Below, in pieces: positions 42,550 to 52,667 of a DNA stretch of 64,000 nt (its first letter is position 1; every line of letters begins with the position of its first letter). Under the pieces are notes generated by a model. That model had not been told where the DNA came from. It did no database searches and saw only the letters and a list, made by a program, of their open reading frames with translations. The translations under genes were made by a program, and so were the position numbers. Source of the stretch: an uncultured Candidatus Saccharibacteria bacterium (GTDB taxonomy: Bacteria > Patescibacteriota > Minisyncoccia > Minisyncoccales > JANBVM01); contig CAZBMQ010000004.1 of the NCBI GenBank assembly GCA_964493485.1, forward strand, positions 4,340 to 68,339, written 5' to 3'.

Positions 42550-43332
42550 TTAAATAATTCCTACAGATAAAGGAACCGGTCCTTCACAACCGGGATCTTC
42601 CATATCAATAAGACCGTCGCAATCATTGTCTAATTGATCAACACAATGCTCTGGGACCTCTGAACTTTCTACTTCTGCTTCTTTATTCTGTATACATTCT
42701 CCCCAAACTCCTTCTGAACTGCATGTTTTAGTACCTAAAGCACAAATTCCTAATAACCCTGTATCACACTCCTCTTTTTGTCCAGGCTCACATTCTTTTG
42801 CTGGCCAATCACAGTCTGTGTCCTCAAAAGTTATAAGTTGATATTCAAAAAGATACTCCATCGGATTCCATGCTGTCATCCTATGATTTTGACAATCTAC
42901 ATCACTGCTTAAAACCAACCAAATTTTAGCTCCATTGTTATAATTTTCGTCATACGGTGCTGGCAAATCACAAGTATCAACACTTTCATTTATATGAACA
43001 TTCCCTCCTTTATTCGACTCCGCAGAACCCAAACAAATTAAACCCTTTCCGGGCCATGGATCCGGATAATAAATTAAAGTATAGTCCTTTCCTTTCTGTA
43101 AATTATGCCCGTTAAAAACAAAATCAAAAGAAGAACCTAAAAGATTATATTTCATTTTTCCCCATGCACCATGTTTAACAATGTTCCAATCAGCGTCCTT
43201 TTCGTATAAATAAAGGTGGGCTATATGTGAATTACCTGCCTTGCCGCTATTAATTTTTGCCTGCGCTGAAATAGCTATTATAAACGCAACAACAAGACTT
43301 AAAATACTAATTGATTTTAATAATTTTTTCAT
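42550..43332 (-). CDS. Secreted protein with C-terminal Cys-rich DxDxDG-like motif
   Basis: A signal peptide (MKKLLKSISILSLVVAFIIAISAQA) is present. The C-terminus reads CVDQLDNDCDGLIDMEDPGC. Confidence 0.5.
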   Translation of the reverse strand: MKKLLKSISILSLVVAFIIAISAQAKINSGKAGNSHIAHLYLYEKDADWNIVKHGAWGKMKYNLLGSSFDFVFNGHNLQKGKDYTLIYYPDPWPGKGLICLGSAESNKGGNVHINESVDTCDLPAPYDENYNNGAKIWLVLSSDVDCQNHRMTAWNPMEYLFEYQLITFEDTDCDWPAKECEPGQKEECDTGLLGICALGTKTCSSEGVWGECIQNKEAEVESSEVPEHCVDQLDNDCDGLIDMEDPGCEGPVPLSVGII

Positions 43333-43455
43333 AAATCCATATTTTATTTAATAGTGTTCTCGACCTTTCCACTATTCCTCCCTATTTTAGAATAACATTA
43401 TTTAACTTAAAGCCCAAGATAATAAAATAAATTTTACAGCAAACCTCTTATTTTC

Positions 43456-43905
43456 TTAAAGACTGAAATCTTCTTTACTAAACTTACCTGTTTTTATTAG
43501 ATGGTCAACAATAAACTTAAGTGTTTCTTGAGGAGTATATCTTCCTAAACATAAATAATCTTCAGCTCCTGCTTTTAAGCCTTCTGCAATATTTTCTTCA
43601 TAACAGAGATCACTTAATACTATTACTGGAATATGTTTTGTTAAGTTGTTTTTCTTTAATAATTTTATAGCATCAAAACCGTTCATTTTAGCTATTTCTT
43701 CACGCGTCTTATCCAATAAAACATCGCATAGTAAAATATCCGGCTTTTCCCTATCTACAATTTCTATCACATTATGATATGAATAAAATACTTCAACCTT
43801 AAATCCGGCTTGAGAAAATTTATTCTTAAGAACCAATCCCAATAAACTATCAATAAGAAACATTAAAATCTTTGGCTTTTTTGATTTACCTTTCTGTTTA
43901 TCCAT
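43456..43905 (-). CDS. Stand-alone response-regulator receiver-like domain (possibly degenerate)
   Basis: KILMFLIDS...PDILLCDVLL...IPVIVLSD...EDYLCLG has receiver topology, and a phospho-Asp candidate is present. There is no output domain. Confidence 0.55.
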   Translation of the reverse strand: MDKQKGKSKKPKILMFLIDSLLGLVLKNKFSQAGFKVEVFYSYHNVIEIVDREKPDILLCDVLLDKTREEIAKMNGFDAIKLLKKNNLTKHIPVIVLSDLCYEENIAEGLKAGAEDYLCLGRYTPQETLKFIVDHLIKTGKFSKEDFSL

Positions 43906-43954
43906 TAATTGTTTCTTATAAGATAATTATGTTTCTTTAAAGACATACTAATCT

Positions 43955-44578
43955 TTATTTAATTTCAAATATTTGTTTTTCTTTATTCCATAAAAGAAAG
44001 TCTTTATTCTCCTCCCACCATTTCTGCCACTCTTTGATGGTTTTACCTTTGTAGTTAGTATAATATTGCAAATAAACAAGTGCTCTATCTTTTACAAATT
44101 CTAGAGACTGCCCAAAGTTTGTTGGCCTTTCTGAATCAAGACATGAAATTAAAACCTTTAATCCTTCTTTTTCGCCCAAAGAGACTAGTTGAGCACCTAC
44201 AAGCATTCTCAAAGAATCATTTTCCTCTCCTATTCTCTTTTTTAAAGCAGGAATCACAATTTCATTTGTTGCTTTTTTATTTTCTCTTAACACAATCGGC
44301 AATAACACAACAGCCGCCCATCGTTCTGATACAGATTTACTCTCAATCAATTCTTGTAATATAGAAATATGTTTCTCTCCTAATTTCTCTATTTCAGGAA
44401 TAGAGTAAAAATTTTTAGGGTCTTTTAAATCAATGGTAGAAATAATTGAAAAAATTTCATCTTTTATTGGCTCTTCTTGCGGTATTTTATATTTATTTGG
44501 TTCACAATAAATAAAAATAATCAACAAAAGCACCAAAAACCACACCGCCTCTCTAATTATCTCTTTAAAGTCAGTCAT
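43955..44578 (-). CDS. Membrane-anchored HEAT-repeat-like protein
   Basis: An N-terminal TM segment is followed by helical repeats (ERWAAVVLL...ALKKRIGEEND..LR.L.GAQL). Confidence 0.35.
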   Translation of the reverse strand: MTDFKEIIREAVWFLVLLLIIFIYCEPNKYKIPQEEPIKDEIFSIISTIDLKDPKNFYSIPEIEKLGEKHISILQELIESKSVSERWAAVVLLPIVLRENKKATNEIVIPALKKRIGEENDSLRMLVGAQLVSLGEKEGLKVLISCLDSERPTNFGQSLEFVKDRALVYLQYYTNYKGKTIKEWQKWWEENKDFLLWNKEKQIFEIK

Positions 44579-44602
44579 AAAATATTGCTTTAAGCAAGTA
44601 AT

Positions 44603-44905
44603 TTAGTCTCTAGAGAAAATGTTTATTAGTTTTAAGAATACATAAGTAAAAATAACATATCCTACCATTGCAGAGAGAGTGGTTGTATCAATCACTCTTG
44701 TACCCCGGTATATATCAGGAAAGATAAACTCAAAAGGGCTGATAAAGATATCTGTGAATCTATAAATAAGATTCACCACAAAAGCCATTGGGTTTGCATT
44801 AAGATATCTAAGCACTAATCTTAAAAATAAAAAAAGCTCAAGCAAGCTGAGCAATCTTTTAACCAACGTCTCTATTATGAAATATACTCTTCTTATAAAT
44901 CTCAT
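44603..44905 (-). CDS. YggT family membrane protein
   Basis: 100 aa. The pattern LRYL...NP....V..IYRFTDIFISPF is YGGT-like. Confidence 0.6.
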   Translation of the reverse strand: MRFIRRVYFIIETLVKRLLSLLELFLFLRLVLRYLNANPMAFVVNLIYRFTDIFISPFEFIFPDIYRGTRVIDTTTLSAMVGYVIFTYVFLKLINIFSRD

Positions 44906-44911
44906 ATTTTA

Positions 44912-45415
44912 TTAAGAAATATAATTTAAAATTCCTTTAATTCCATAATAACCAGCAAAAGCCACTCCCAAATGGAAAATAATCTTTCCTATTAATACAG
45001 CCACAAAAAATTTTTTAATCTCGTACTTTAGTACTCCACTCACTATACCAACCACATCATCTGGAAGTGGTGTAGCTGCAAATATTACTAATGTCAAAAA
45101 ACCTCCTTTTTCAATTATACCATTAAAATTCCTATATTTCTCAAATCTCTGTTTTGTTTTCTTTAATTGTTCTTTAAAATGCTTTTCTCCAAGTTTTCTG
45201 CCGCTAAAACCTAATACATATCCTATCAGTTCTCCTATAGCAGCTCCAGTTCCTGCTAATGTTCCTAAAATTAATGGGTTCATTATAGCTCCTGCTCCAA
45301 AAACAAATACTGCTGCGGGCAACGGAAAGATTATTGTAGAAGACCCAATCAAGCTTATCAAAAAAATTCCTATATATCCCAAAGTTGAAAGCTGAAGGAA
45401 AAAATCAGTAATCAT
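44912..45415 (-). CDS. DedA/YqaA (VTT-domain) membrane protein
   Basis: GYIGIFLISLIGSSTIIFPLPAAVF is present. I prefer the start at MITDFF (45415) because it avoids overlap with metK. Confidence 0.6.
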   Translation of the reverse strand: MITDFFLQLSTLGYIGIFLISLIGSSTIIFPLPAAVFVFGAGAIMNPLILGTLAGTGAAIGELIGYVLGFSGRKLGEKHFKEQLKKTKQRFEKYRNFNGIIEKGGFLTLVIFAATPLPDDVVGIVSGVLKYEIKKFFVAVLIGKIIFHLGVAFAGYYGIKGILNYIS

Positions 45416-45417
45416 TA

Positions 45418-46569
45418 TTATCTTATCAACCTCAAAAGCTTTTTTGCTTGATCTTTCTTTTCCCAAGTAAATCCAGGTTCTTCTCTGCCAAAATGCCCAT
45501 AAGCTGCTGTTTGGCGATAAATAGGTCTTAAAAGCTTCAATTGCCTAATCATACCACCTGGAGTTAATTCAAACACCTTAGGCACAACCTTCACTAATTT
45601 CTCTTCCGACACCTTACCTGTACCAAATGTGTCTATTTTTAAAGATAAAGGCTCTATCCCTCCTATTACATATCCAATCTCTACCTCGCATTTCTTAGCC
45701 AACCCTGCAGCTACTATATTCTTTGCAATATATCGAGCCATATAAGCTCCTGACCTATCAACCTTTGTAGGGTCTTTTCCCGAGAATGAACCACCACCTA
45801 TAGGAACAATACCACCATAAGAATCTACAACTGTTTTCCTCCCTGTGGCTCCTGTGTCCGCCACAGGTCCTCCTATCACAAATCTACCAGTATTGTTGAT
45901 ATAATATTTTGTTTTTTTATCTAAGAGACCTTTGCAGATGGGCTTAATTACATATTTAATAATGTCTGCCTTGAGTTTTCTCAAAGACACATCTGGATCA
46001 TGCTGAGCAGCAATAACTACATTATTTAATCTCTTTGCTTTGTTATTCTCATACTCAATAGTCACCTGGCTTTTCCCATCCGGTCTTAAATAAGGAAGGA
46101 TTTTCTTTTTTCTTACATAAGCTAGTCTCCTGGCTAGTTTATGAGCCAGCATTATTGGAAGCGGCATCAATTCCGGTGTTTCGTCACAGGCGTATCCAAC
46201 CACAAATCCTTGATCTCCAGCTCCTTGTTTCTTGCTTCCGGCTTTTCTCACTCCTCTTGCAATATCAGGAGACTGAGTATGAATTGTATTAAATACTGCC
46301 AATGTATGAGAGTCTACTCCATATTCCGGCTTTGTATATCCTATCTCTCCCACCACATCTCTTGCAATCTGACACACATCCACCCATGCCTTTGTGGTTA
46401 TTTCTCCTCCAACTATTACATAACCCATTCCAGACATTACTTCACAAGCAACACGCGAATATTTATCTTTTTTAATAAGAGTATCTAAAATAGAGTCTGC
46501 TATCTGATCACACACCTTATCAGGGTGCCCTTCTGTAACAGACTCTGAAGTCAAAAGAAACTTTTTCAT
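45418..46569 (-). CDS. metK: S-adenosylmethionine synthetase
   Basis: [29 protein letters not shown] and [19 protein letters not shown] are present. I prefer the start at MKKFLLTSE (46569). Confidence 0.9.
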   Translation of the reverse strand: MKKFLLTSESVTEGHPDKVCDQIADSILDTLIKKDKYSRVACEVMSGMGYVIVGGEITTKAWVDVCQIARDVVGEIGYTKPEYGVDSHTLAVFNTIHTQSPDIARGVRKAGSKKQGAGDQGFVVGYACDETPELMPLPIMLAHKLARRLAYVRKKKILPYLRPDGKSQVTIEYENNKAKRLNNVVIAAQHDPDVSLRKLKADIIKYVIKPICKGLLDKKTKYYINNTGRFVIGGPVADTGATGRKTVVDSYGGIVPIGGGSFSGKDPTKVDRSGAYMARYIAKNIVAAGLAKKCEVEIGYVIGGIEPLSLKIDTFGTGKVSEEKLVKVVPKVFELTPGGMIRQLKLLRPIYRQTAAYGHFGREEPGFTWEKKDQAKKLLRLIR

Positions 46570-46573
46570 ATTT

Positions 46574-46852
46574 TTAATATCTAATTTCAAATTCTTTAAA
46601 TTCATCTGTGGGTTCTTCAAAATCAATCTTCATATCTTCTACTTTTGAAAAACCAGGGCCCTTTTTGATAAAATCTATTATTTGTTCTATTTTTTCTTTT
46701 TCTCCCTCTACTACAATCTCTACTGCCTCATCGGGCAGATTCTTAACCCAACCTAAAAGCCCGAGTCTTTCAGCCTCTTTTCTTGTATTCTCTCTAAAAA
46801 AAACACCCTGAACATGACCCCACACAATAATGTGGGCTTTCGTCTTTTCCAT
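46574..46852 (-). CDS. acyP: Acylphosphatase
   Basis: [39 protein letters not shown] are present. Confidence 0.85.
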   Translation of the reverse strand: MEKTKAHIIVWGHVQGVFFRENTRKEAERLGLLGWVKNLPDEAVEIVVEGEKEKIEQIIDFIKKGPGFSKVEDMKIDFEEPTDEFKEFEIRY

Positions 46853-46867
46853 ATTTAAATTTCTCCC

Positions 46868-46999
46868 CTAAAAACCCAACAAACCCTTAATTATTGCAGT
46901 AAACAATCCCACCAACAATGAACCTATTACAAAGATTAAAGCTGCTCCTAATACTAATTTTTCAAGCAGATCCGCAATTAATAACGACGACGAACCCAT
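46868..46999 (-). CDS. Possible 43-aa membrane peptide
   Basis: Hand translation: MGSSSLLIADLLEKLVLGAALIFVIGSLLVGLFTAIIKGLLGF*. It is below the ORF-track cutoff and has no other support. Confidence 0.25.
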   Translation of the reverse strand: MGSSSLLIADLLEKLVLGAALIFVIGSLLVGLFTAIIKGLLGF

Positions 47000-47041
47000 T
47001 TTTGATTAAGAATACACTTAATTAATTATTTCAGCGACCTT

Positions 47042-47374
47042 TTACAAAAGTTTTTTTTGTCTAAAAAGATTTGCAACCTCTAAAGCTCTCTTTCTTCCTT
47101 TCTTTGTCAAAGAAAACATGCTTTTGGGATTTCCAGTAATTAAATTTTGGTCTCTCAAACTTCTAAGAGGTCTATCCAACTTGCGTGTGTCGGGCCACTT
47201 GGAATATCCAGAAAGACAAAAAACTTTGGGAAACAACTCAAAGCATTTATGAACCAAGGTAGCAAATCTACATTCTCTATTAGCGCTAGTGATTGAATGA
47301 ATTCCAAAAAGAATTAAATCACTGATAGCTATCTTTTTATAAAGTTCTTCTTCTATTAAAACTTTCTTTTTCAT
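47042..47374 (-). CDS. Hypothetical protein
   Basis: 110-aa ORF; I recognise no motif. Confidence 0.35.
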   Translation of the reverse strand: MKKKVLIEEELYKKIAISDLILFGIHSITSANRECRFATLVHKCFELFPKVFCLSGYSKWPDTRKLDRPLRSLRDQNLITGNPKSMFSLTKKGRKRALEVANLFRQKKLL

Positions 47375-47493
47375 CTTCTCTATATTTTAATATATTTTCA
47401 TTTTTAAGAAAATTTGTAAACCCTGTAAATAAAACTTAAAAAATTATTATTAAAATAAAAGATTAATAAAAAGAGTTAAGCTTAAATTGATTT

Positions 47494-50400
47494 TTATTGA
47501 ATCCCAATATGTTCCTCATCTATATTTACAGGTTCTGTAAGTATCGGCTCTATTATCTTTTCTCTCGCTCCTTCCGGCTCTTCTCCATTGTTTATTCTTT
47601 TTTTGATTTCTTCTAAATCTGTAGTGCCCCAATAATTTCTAGAAAGATCTATTGGGCCCTGACCTATACAATAGTTGTCAGTTACCTCTCCATAGATATT
47701 ATTATATTTCACAACTGGGGTGCTGCAACCAAGATGAAGAGTAGATCCCTTTTCGAACTTATTATATTGAATATTACCTGAAACTGAACCATAAGTATCG
47801 AAAAACATAAGTGTTGTATTGCTTTTAAAAATATTGTGAGTTATATCTGCTCCTTCTGCACTTTCAAGCATAATTGCATTTGTCTGAGGAAATGCTGGTC
47901 CGAATATATTGTAGTGCAAATTTGAACCTTCGTAATGATGATCCACCATCTCTCCACCTGTATATTCAATATGATTATGCTCTATACGAACATTTGAAGC
48001 ATCGAGGTTCATACATATAGGACAATTTTTTGTCATAGTAAAATATGAATTCTTAATATAAGAGTTTCCGGTAAACAAGCCAGTAGCTATATAGTTGCTG
48101 GCATTCACATATTCAAATTCTACATGCGCATCATTAAGATTCATACCAAGCCAATCACCTGACCATGGTTCATCAGCATCAGAATGAATATTTATCCAAT
48201 TCTCTTTTGTGCCTTTTGCTATCAAATTTCCTGAAAATTTCATTGTGATATGATCTGGCTCACATGTAGATTTTTGTCCTTGTTTATAAAGATTCAAACA
48301 ATCGGGAGGACACTCTACAGGTTCTGTATTGCATGTATCTCCAAATAAATTGTTATCATCACTATGAGCTGCAACCCATATATTTGTTCCGGGAAGTATG
48401 GTTATTGTCGTACCTTCCAAAGCAAAAATATCTCCGGTTATATAAATATCTCCACTCCATATTTCATCACAGTAGATATATCCACTTGTAGTTATATGTC
48501 CCTCTTTGCAACAGTCCTCTGGGCAAATCATTCCATTTTCTTCTTCAGAACATTCTCCGTCACCACATACTACTTTACCGGTAGGCATAGACTTATTTAC
48601 TTGGCATTCTCCACAATCCTCAGGACAAAGTTGACAATTTTCCTCTTCTGTACATTTCCCATCTCCGCAATAGTCTTCATTTTTTTCTTTTGTTTCGTTC
48701 TGATACCTCCCTTCATTTTGAAACCCTTCCTTCTCAGAAGATCCACCACAATCCTCTGGACAATTCTCTGCTGTTTCGGGTCCATCACAAACCCCGTCAC
48801 CACAATACCTTTGGCTTTTCTGCTGAGTTTCATCCATCTCCGGCTCTACCGGCTCTACCTGTTTCTCAACTTTAGATTCCTTTGTGTGATAAAAAATTTT
48901 CTTGATATTCTTTTTCGTCTGCCCACCCATTAGAATAATTCCAAGAATAATCAAAATAAACACTGCCAACAATAAATATTTATTAGACCAATAAAACTTT
49001 CTTTTTAAAATGAATTTTTTGAAAACGATTACCAAAAATATAACCCCTATAGCTATAAGTATGTAATGGATAACCGATAAATTCTCTGTCCCTAAAAATT
49101 TAAAAAACTGAACAATTTTTCCTTTTTTTTCAAGAGATGGACCTGTTAATTGGCTATAATTATTCTCTCCTTTTTTAACTTCCCCTTCATAAAAAACAAT
49201 ATCTCCATTTCCCATCCCAAGAATTAAAAGAGAAGCATCTTCACTCATCCAAACAACATTGGCAGCCTCTCCTGTTTCTCCAATACCTGTCATCTCTATT
49301 TCTTTATCTTTTTCCCTCTGCCAAAGAACATTCCCGGAATTATCAAAAAGTGTTGGATTTGGACCGCCGAATAAAGAATACTGGGCATTTTTTGTAAGAT
49401 AAGCGCCATTATGACCAAGCCCACCAAAAAATCTAGCCCAAACAAATTCTCCCTCCGAATCCAATTGATAAATCATTCCAGCTACAGTCCCTCCTAAAAC
49501 AGTGCCGTCATCGGCAATATCGCCTGCGGTAACTGTTTGATCCACAGCTGTTTTCCACAATCTTTTTCCGTCTTTTAAATCAAAAGCAACAAAAGCCCTT
49601 CCTTTACCTGCAGTGACTGCCATATTTTTCTCTTCCGATATCCCAAGGATAAAAGGAACATAATAATCACCTGATGCCATCCAGTTTAATCTTCCAGTTT
49701 GAGTATCTATCGAATGCAAAAGCCCATTACTCGAGGCAAGATACACAGTCTTACCGTCCCGTGAAAACCTTCCTTCCCGAAGAAAACTACCAGTCCCAAA
49801 TTCCCAAATAATTCTACCTGTCTTCGTTTCAAAAAGAGCGGATTTTTCTGCTATACCTCTAACAGGACCAGTAAGAAGATATTCTCTATCTGGCGAGAAT
49901 TTAATCCAACGCGATTCATGATTTTCATTTTGATGCTTCCAAACTAACTCTCCTTCCTTGTCCCATAAATATACTGCTCCTCCCACACAGCCTGCTGATA
50001 CATATTCACCCGAAGGAGAGATATCCAGCCCCCAGCATTCTTCTTTGGTTTCTCTTTCCCAAATCACATTTCCTTTTCTATCTGTCAATATAATTTTCTT
50101 TGGAATATCTAAAGAAAAACTATCTGGTGCACAATGGCATCCGTGAGAAAAAGCAAAATATTGCCCATCATCAGAAGACTTTATCCACCATATAGAATAA
50201 TTAGATTTTATTCTTCCAATTTCTTTATATTCTCCAACCTTGTCTAACGGCTCAAGCGAAACAATTCTAACTTCTTCTTCTGGTAAAAAATCAGATTCAA
50301 AATAACTTTTATATCCTTTGGCTGAAACTTGAAGGAAGTAGCCTTTGTTTTTCTGATTCACTTCATATTTCTTGTAAATTTCTTGAACAAACTTCTTAGA

Positions 50401-51018
50401 AGGAAGTGATAATATATATTCCTCTCCTTTTTTCTGGGCCCTGTATTGTAATATAGCTGACGGAAGCGTAGCTAAAATATTTGCTTGAGAAATTGGTTCT
50501 TGTGTATTCTTATCAATCACCAAAAACCTACTTTGAACTAAATTTTCATTCATCTCTTTATCAGAAATCCATTTGCTTTTGATGGTAAGCGTGATTTTTT
50601 TAATACCTAAATTACCTAAGTCAAAAAAAACAGGAAGAACGAAACTATCTTCTTCTTCTAAAGGAGGATCTATTCTCGTTTCGAAAACAATAATAAAATT
50701 TGCTTGTTGTCCAGGCTCTATTCTATAATATCCATCAGGAACTAATGCATGCCACTCTTCTGGAATATCCTTTGATTTAATCGAACCCTTTACCTTTATT
50801 GTCTCATCTCCTTTGTTTTTTATGGTGGCTACAAAAAGAAAGCTCCTCTCAAAGGGCAGAACCACAGTATGCTCAACTGCATTTGTAACAATCTCAACAG
50901 AAGAACTATCTTTTATTTTTTGGGCTTCTGTTATATTGAAAAACAAAAGCGATGATAAAATTACTGCAATCAAAAGAAAACAATTTAAATTATTCATATG
51001 TTTCTGAATCCTCCACAT
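47494..51018 (-). CDS. Large surface protein: beta-propeller (PQQ/WD-like) repeats, TM segments, CGDGxC-CPEDC Cys modules, right-handed beta-helix
   Basis: 1174 aa. Repeated G.v.W motifs are followed by two TM helices near aa 640-700. There are three YCGDGVCDGPETAENCPEDCG-type modules and NosD/pectate-lyase-like repeats (N.I..N). An alternative start is MNNLNCF (50997). Confidence 0.6.
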   Translation of the reverse strand: MWRIQKHMNNLNCFLLIAVILSSLLFFNITEAQKIKDSSSVEIVTNAVEHTVVLPFERSFLFVATIKNKGDETIKVKGSIKSKDIPEEWHALVPDGYYRIEPGQQANFIIVFETRIDPPLEEEDSFVLPVFFDLGNLGIKKITLTIKSKWISDKEMNENLVQSRFLVIDKNTQEPISQANILATLPSAILQYRAQKKGEEYILSLPSKKFVQEIYKKYEVNQKNKGYFLQVSAKGYKSYFESDFLPEEEVRIVSLEPLDKVGEYKEIGRIKSNYSIWWIKSSDDGQYFAFSHGCHCAPDSFSLDIPKKIILTDRKGNVIWERETKEECWGLDISPSGEYVSAGCVGGAVYLWDKEGELVWKHQNENHESRWIKFSPDREYLLTGPVRGIAEKSALFETKTGRIIWEFGTGSFLREGRFSRDGKTVYLASSNGLLHSIDTQTGRLNWMASGDYYVPFILGISEEKNMAVTAGKGRAFVAFDLKDGKRLWKTAVDQTVTAGDIADDGTVLGGTVAGMIYQLDSEGEFVWARFFGGLGHNGAYLTKNAQYSLFGGPNPTLFDNSGNVLWQREKDKEIEMTGIGETGEAANVVWMSEDASLLILGMGNGDIVFYEGEVKKGENNYSQLTGPSLEKKGKIVQFFKFLGTENLSVIHYILIAIGVIFLVIVFKKFILKRKFYWSNKYLLLAVFILIILGIILMGGQTKKNIKKIFYHTKESKVEKQVEPVEPEMDETQQKSQRYCGDGVCDGPETAENCPEDCGGSSEKEGFQNEGRYQNETKEKNEDYCGDGKCTEEENCQLCPEDCGECQVNKSMPTGKVVCGDGECSEEENGMICPEDCCKEGHITTSGYIYCDEIWSGDIYITGDIFALEGTTITILPGTNIWVAAHSDDNNLFGDTCNTEPVECPPDCLNLYKQGQKSTCEPDHITMKFSGNLIAKGTKENWINIHSDADEPWSGDWLGMNLNDAHVEFEYVNASNYIATGLFTGNSYIKNSYFTMTKNCPICMNLDASNVRIEHNHIEYTGGEMVDHHYEGSNLHYNIFGPAFPQTNAIMLESAEGADITHNIFKSNTTLMFFDTYGSVSGNIQYNKFEKGSTLHLGCSTPVVKYNNIYGEVTDNYCIGQGPIDLSRNYWGTTDLEEIKKRINNGEEPEGAREKIIEPILTEPVNIDEEHIGIQ

Positions 51019-51027
51019 GTTTTATAG

Positions 51028-52443
51028 TTATTCTATTTCAATAAAAACAGGGAGGTTGCTTAATCTTATATTTGAATCTTTAACTATTTTTTCCCTCCCT
51101 AAAATATCTGTGACCTTTATTCTACCTTTTATTTCCTTTGGCAGGTTTCCTCCCCAAACTACATAAACAGGTTTTCCGTTAACAAGGAATTTATATTGCC
51201 CTTCCCCTAATCTTTCAACCGATGAAAATTTGTCTACCTTACCCACCATTGTTTTTAAGGCATAATAAGAAGGGGTAATTCTACATTTTTCTGGATTAAA
51301 TAGCTTTAGGGAGAACGTATCTAATAAAAACCACCCCAATCTCCATCCAAGTTTACCTTTTATAATATAGGCGTCTTCACATTGGACTAATGAATTTTTT
51401 CCTAACCCATAGAAAAATCTTTTTGTTCCTGCATTTAAAGCCTGAACAATCATCTTGACCATATATGCTGCTTCTTCTTCCATCCTGATATTTTTGTCTT
51501 TAGCTTCGTCTATTTCCTTTCCAAAAGTATTTCTTTGATGCTCATCTTCTTCTCTGATCACAAGTTCAGTTATCCATATAGGCAAATCTATATTATGTTG
51601 AACCATGAATTCTTCAGTGCTCTTTAAGTGTAAATCCTTTGGATTCATGTTTGTATGAATATTAAGAATATCTGTATACTCTTTCCCTCCAATATCCATA
51701 AATTCACCCCATACTATTTCTCCCTCACCTAAGAATTCTCCAGCAATCCCCCCAACAAGAACCTTTGCCTCAGGGTCAGCTTTTTTAATTGTAATATAAC
51801 TTGTTTTTAAAACCTCAAGATAGTCCATATCTGTCTCAGACACATAAAAAGCCGGATGTTCTCTGGCTTTTGACTTCTCTGGAGACAAATTAACCTCATT
51901 AATAATTTCCCAATATTTTATAGGATATTTCAAATTCGGCATATCATCTACTCCGTCTCCATCGTAACGCTCCACTAATTTTTGCAGAAACTCTTTGTAT
52001 TCTTCCATATCGCACGGTTTTCCTCTATATCTTCCAAGCATCGGAAAGTTAAACTCTACAAAATATGAAGGATCCATTCGTTTATGACAATTCTTCTGAT
52101 CCCAATCAGCGTATGGCCAAATAGTTACTAATAATGCCACATTGTGCTTTTGCATTTTTTTAACAAAACTATCAACATTCCACCAGTAATAAAAATTATT
52201 TATCCTTTCAATATCTCCCCATATAAAAGGTCCGGGGTGTGGTCTTGCCCAATGAATACCAATATCTTCCATAAAATATAAGTCTTCAGTTGGAGAAAGA
52301 AACCCAAAATAACTTTTATCGAATTCCTTAAAATTCTCAAGATCAAGTTTTTGTCTATTACCATAAAAATTCCCAAATAAAAAAATCCCTACAAAAATAA
52401 TCCCAATAATCATTAAAATTAATAATTTATATGTTTTCATCAT
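51028..52443 (-). CDS. Membrane-anchored TIM-barrel glycoside-hydrolase-like protein (tentative)
   Basis: An N-terminal TM segment is present. YWEIINEVN resembles the acid/base NE motif of clan GH-A, and WITEL is a candidate nucleophile. Confidence 0.45.
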   Translation of the reverse strand: MMKTYKLLILMIIGIIFVGIFLFGNFYGNRQKLDLENFKEFDKSYFGFLSPTEDLYFMEDIGIHWARPHPGPFIWGDIERINNFYYWWNVDSFVKKMQKHNVALLVTIWPYADWDQKNCHKRMDPSYFVEFNFPMLGRYRGKPCDMEEYKEFLQKLVERYDGDGVDDMPNLKYPIKYWEIINEVNLSPEKSKAREHPAFYVSETDMDYLEVLKTSYITIKKADPEAKVLVGGIAGEFLGEGEIVWGEFMDIGGKEYTDILNIHTNMNPKDLHLKSTEEFMVQHNIDLPIWITELVIREEDEHQRNTFGKEIDEAKDKNIRMEEEAAYMVKMIVQALNAGTKRFFYGLGKNSLVQCEDAYIIKGKLGWRLGWFLLDTFSLKLFNPEKCRITPSYYALKTMVGKVDKFSSVERLGEGQYKFLVNGKPVYVVWGGNLPKEIKGRIKVTDILGREKIVKDSNIRLSNLPVFIEIE

Positions 52444-52596
52444 ATAAAATTTATTAATCTGTTATAGTTTTGTAGGGAGATTTAATCCAAAAGTTTTCAA
52501 TAAATAATATAAATACACTCCATTTTTCATTATAACAAAATAATAAAATACTAACCTTTCGGTTGCCGCTTTCCTGTTTCTTAAATAATAGTGGAG

Positions 52597-52646
52597 TATA
52601 CAACCAAGCTCAAACTTATTTTATCAAAAATTCTTGAGAAAAAGGT
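52597..52646. repeat. 50-bp inverted repeat, left copy
   Basis: tatacaaccaagctcaaacttattttatcaaaaattcttgagaaaaaggt. Its reverse complement matches 55175..55224 at 49 of 50 positions, checked base by base. Confidence 0.9.
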
Positions 52647-52667
52647 TAAAAATTATTTATATCATCT

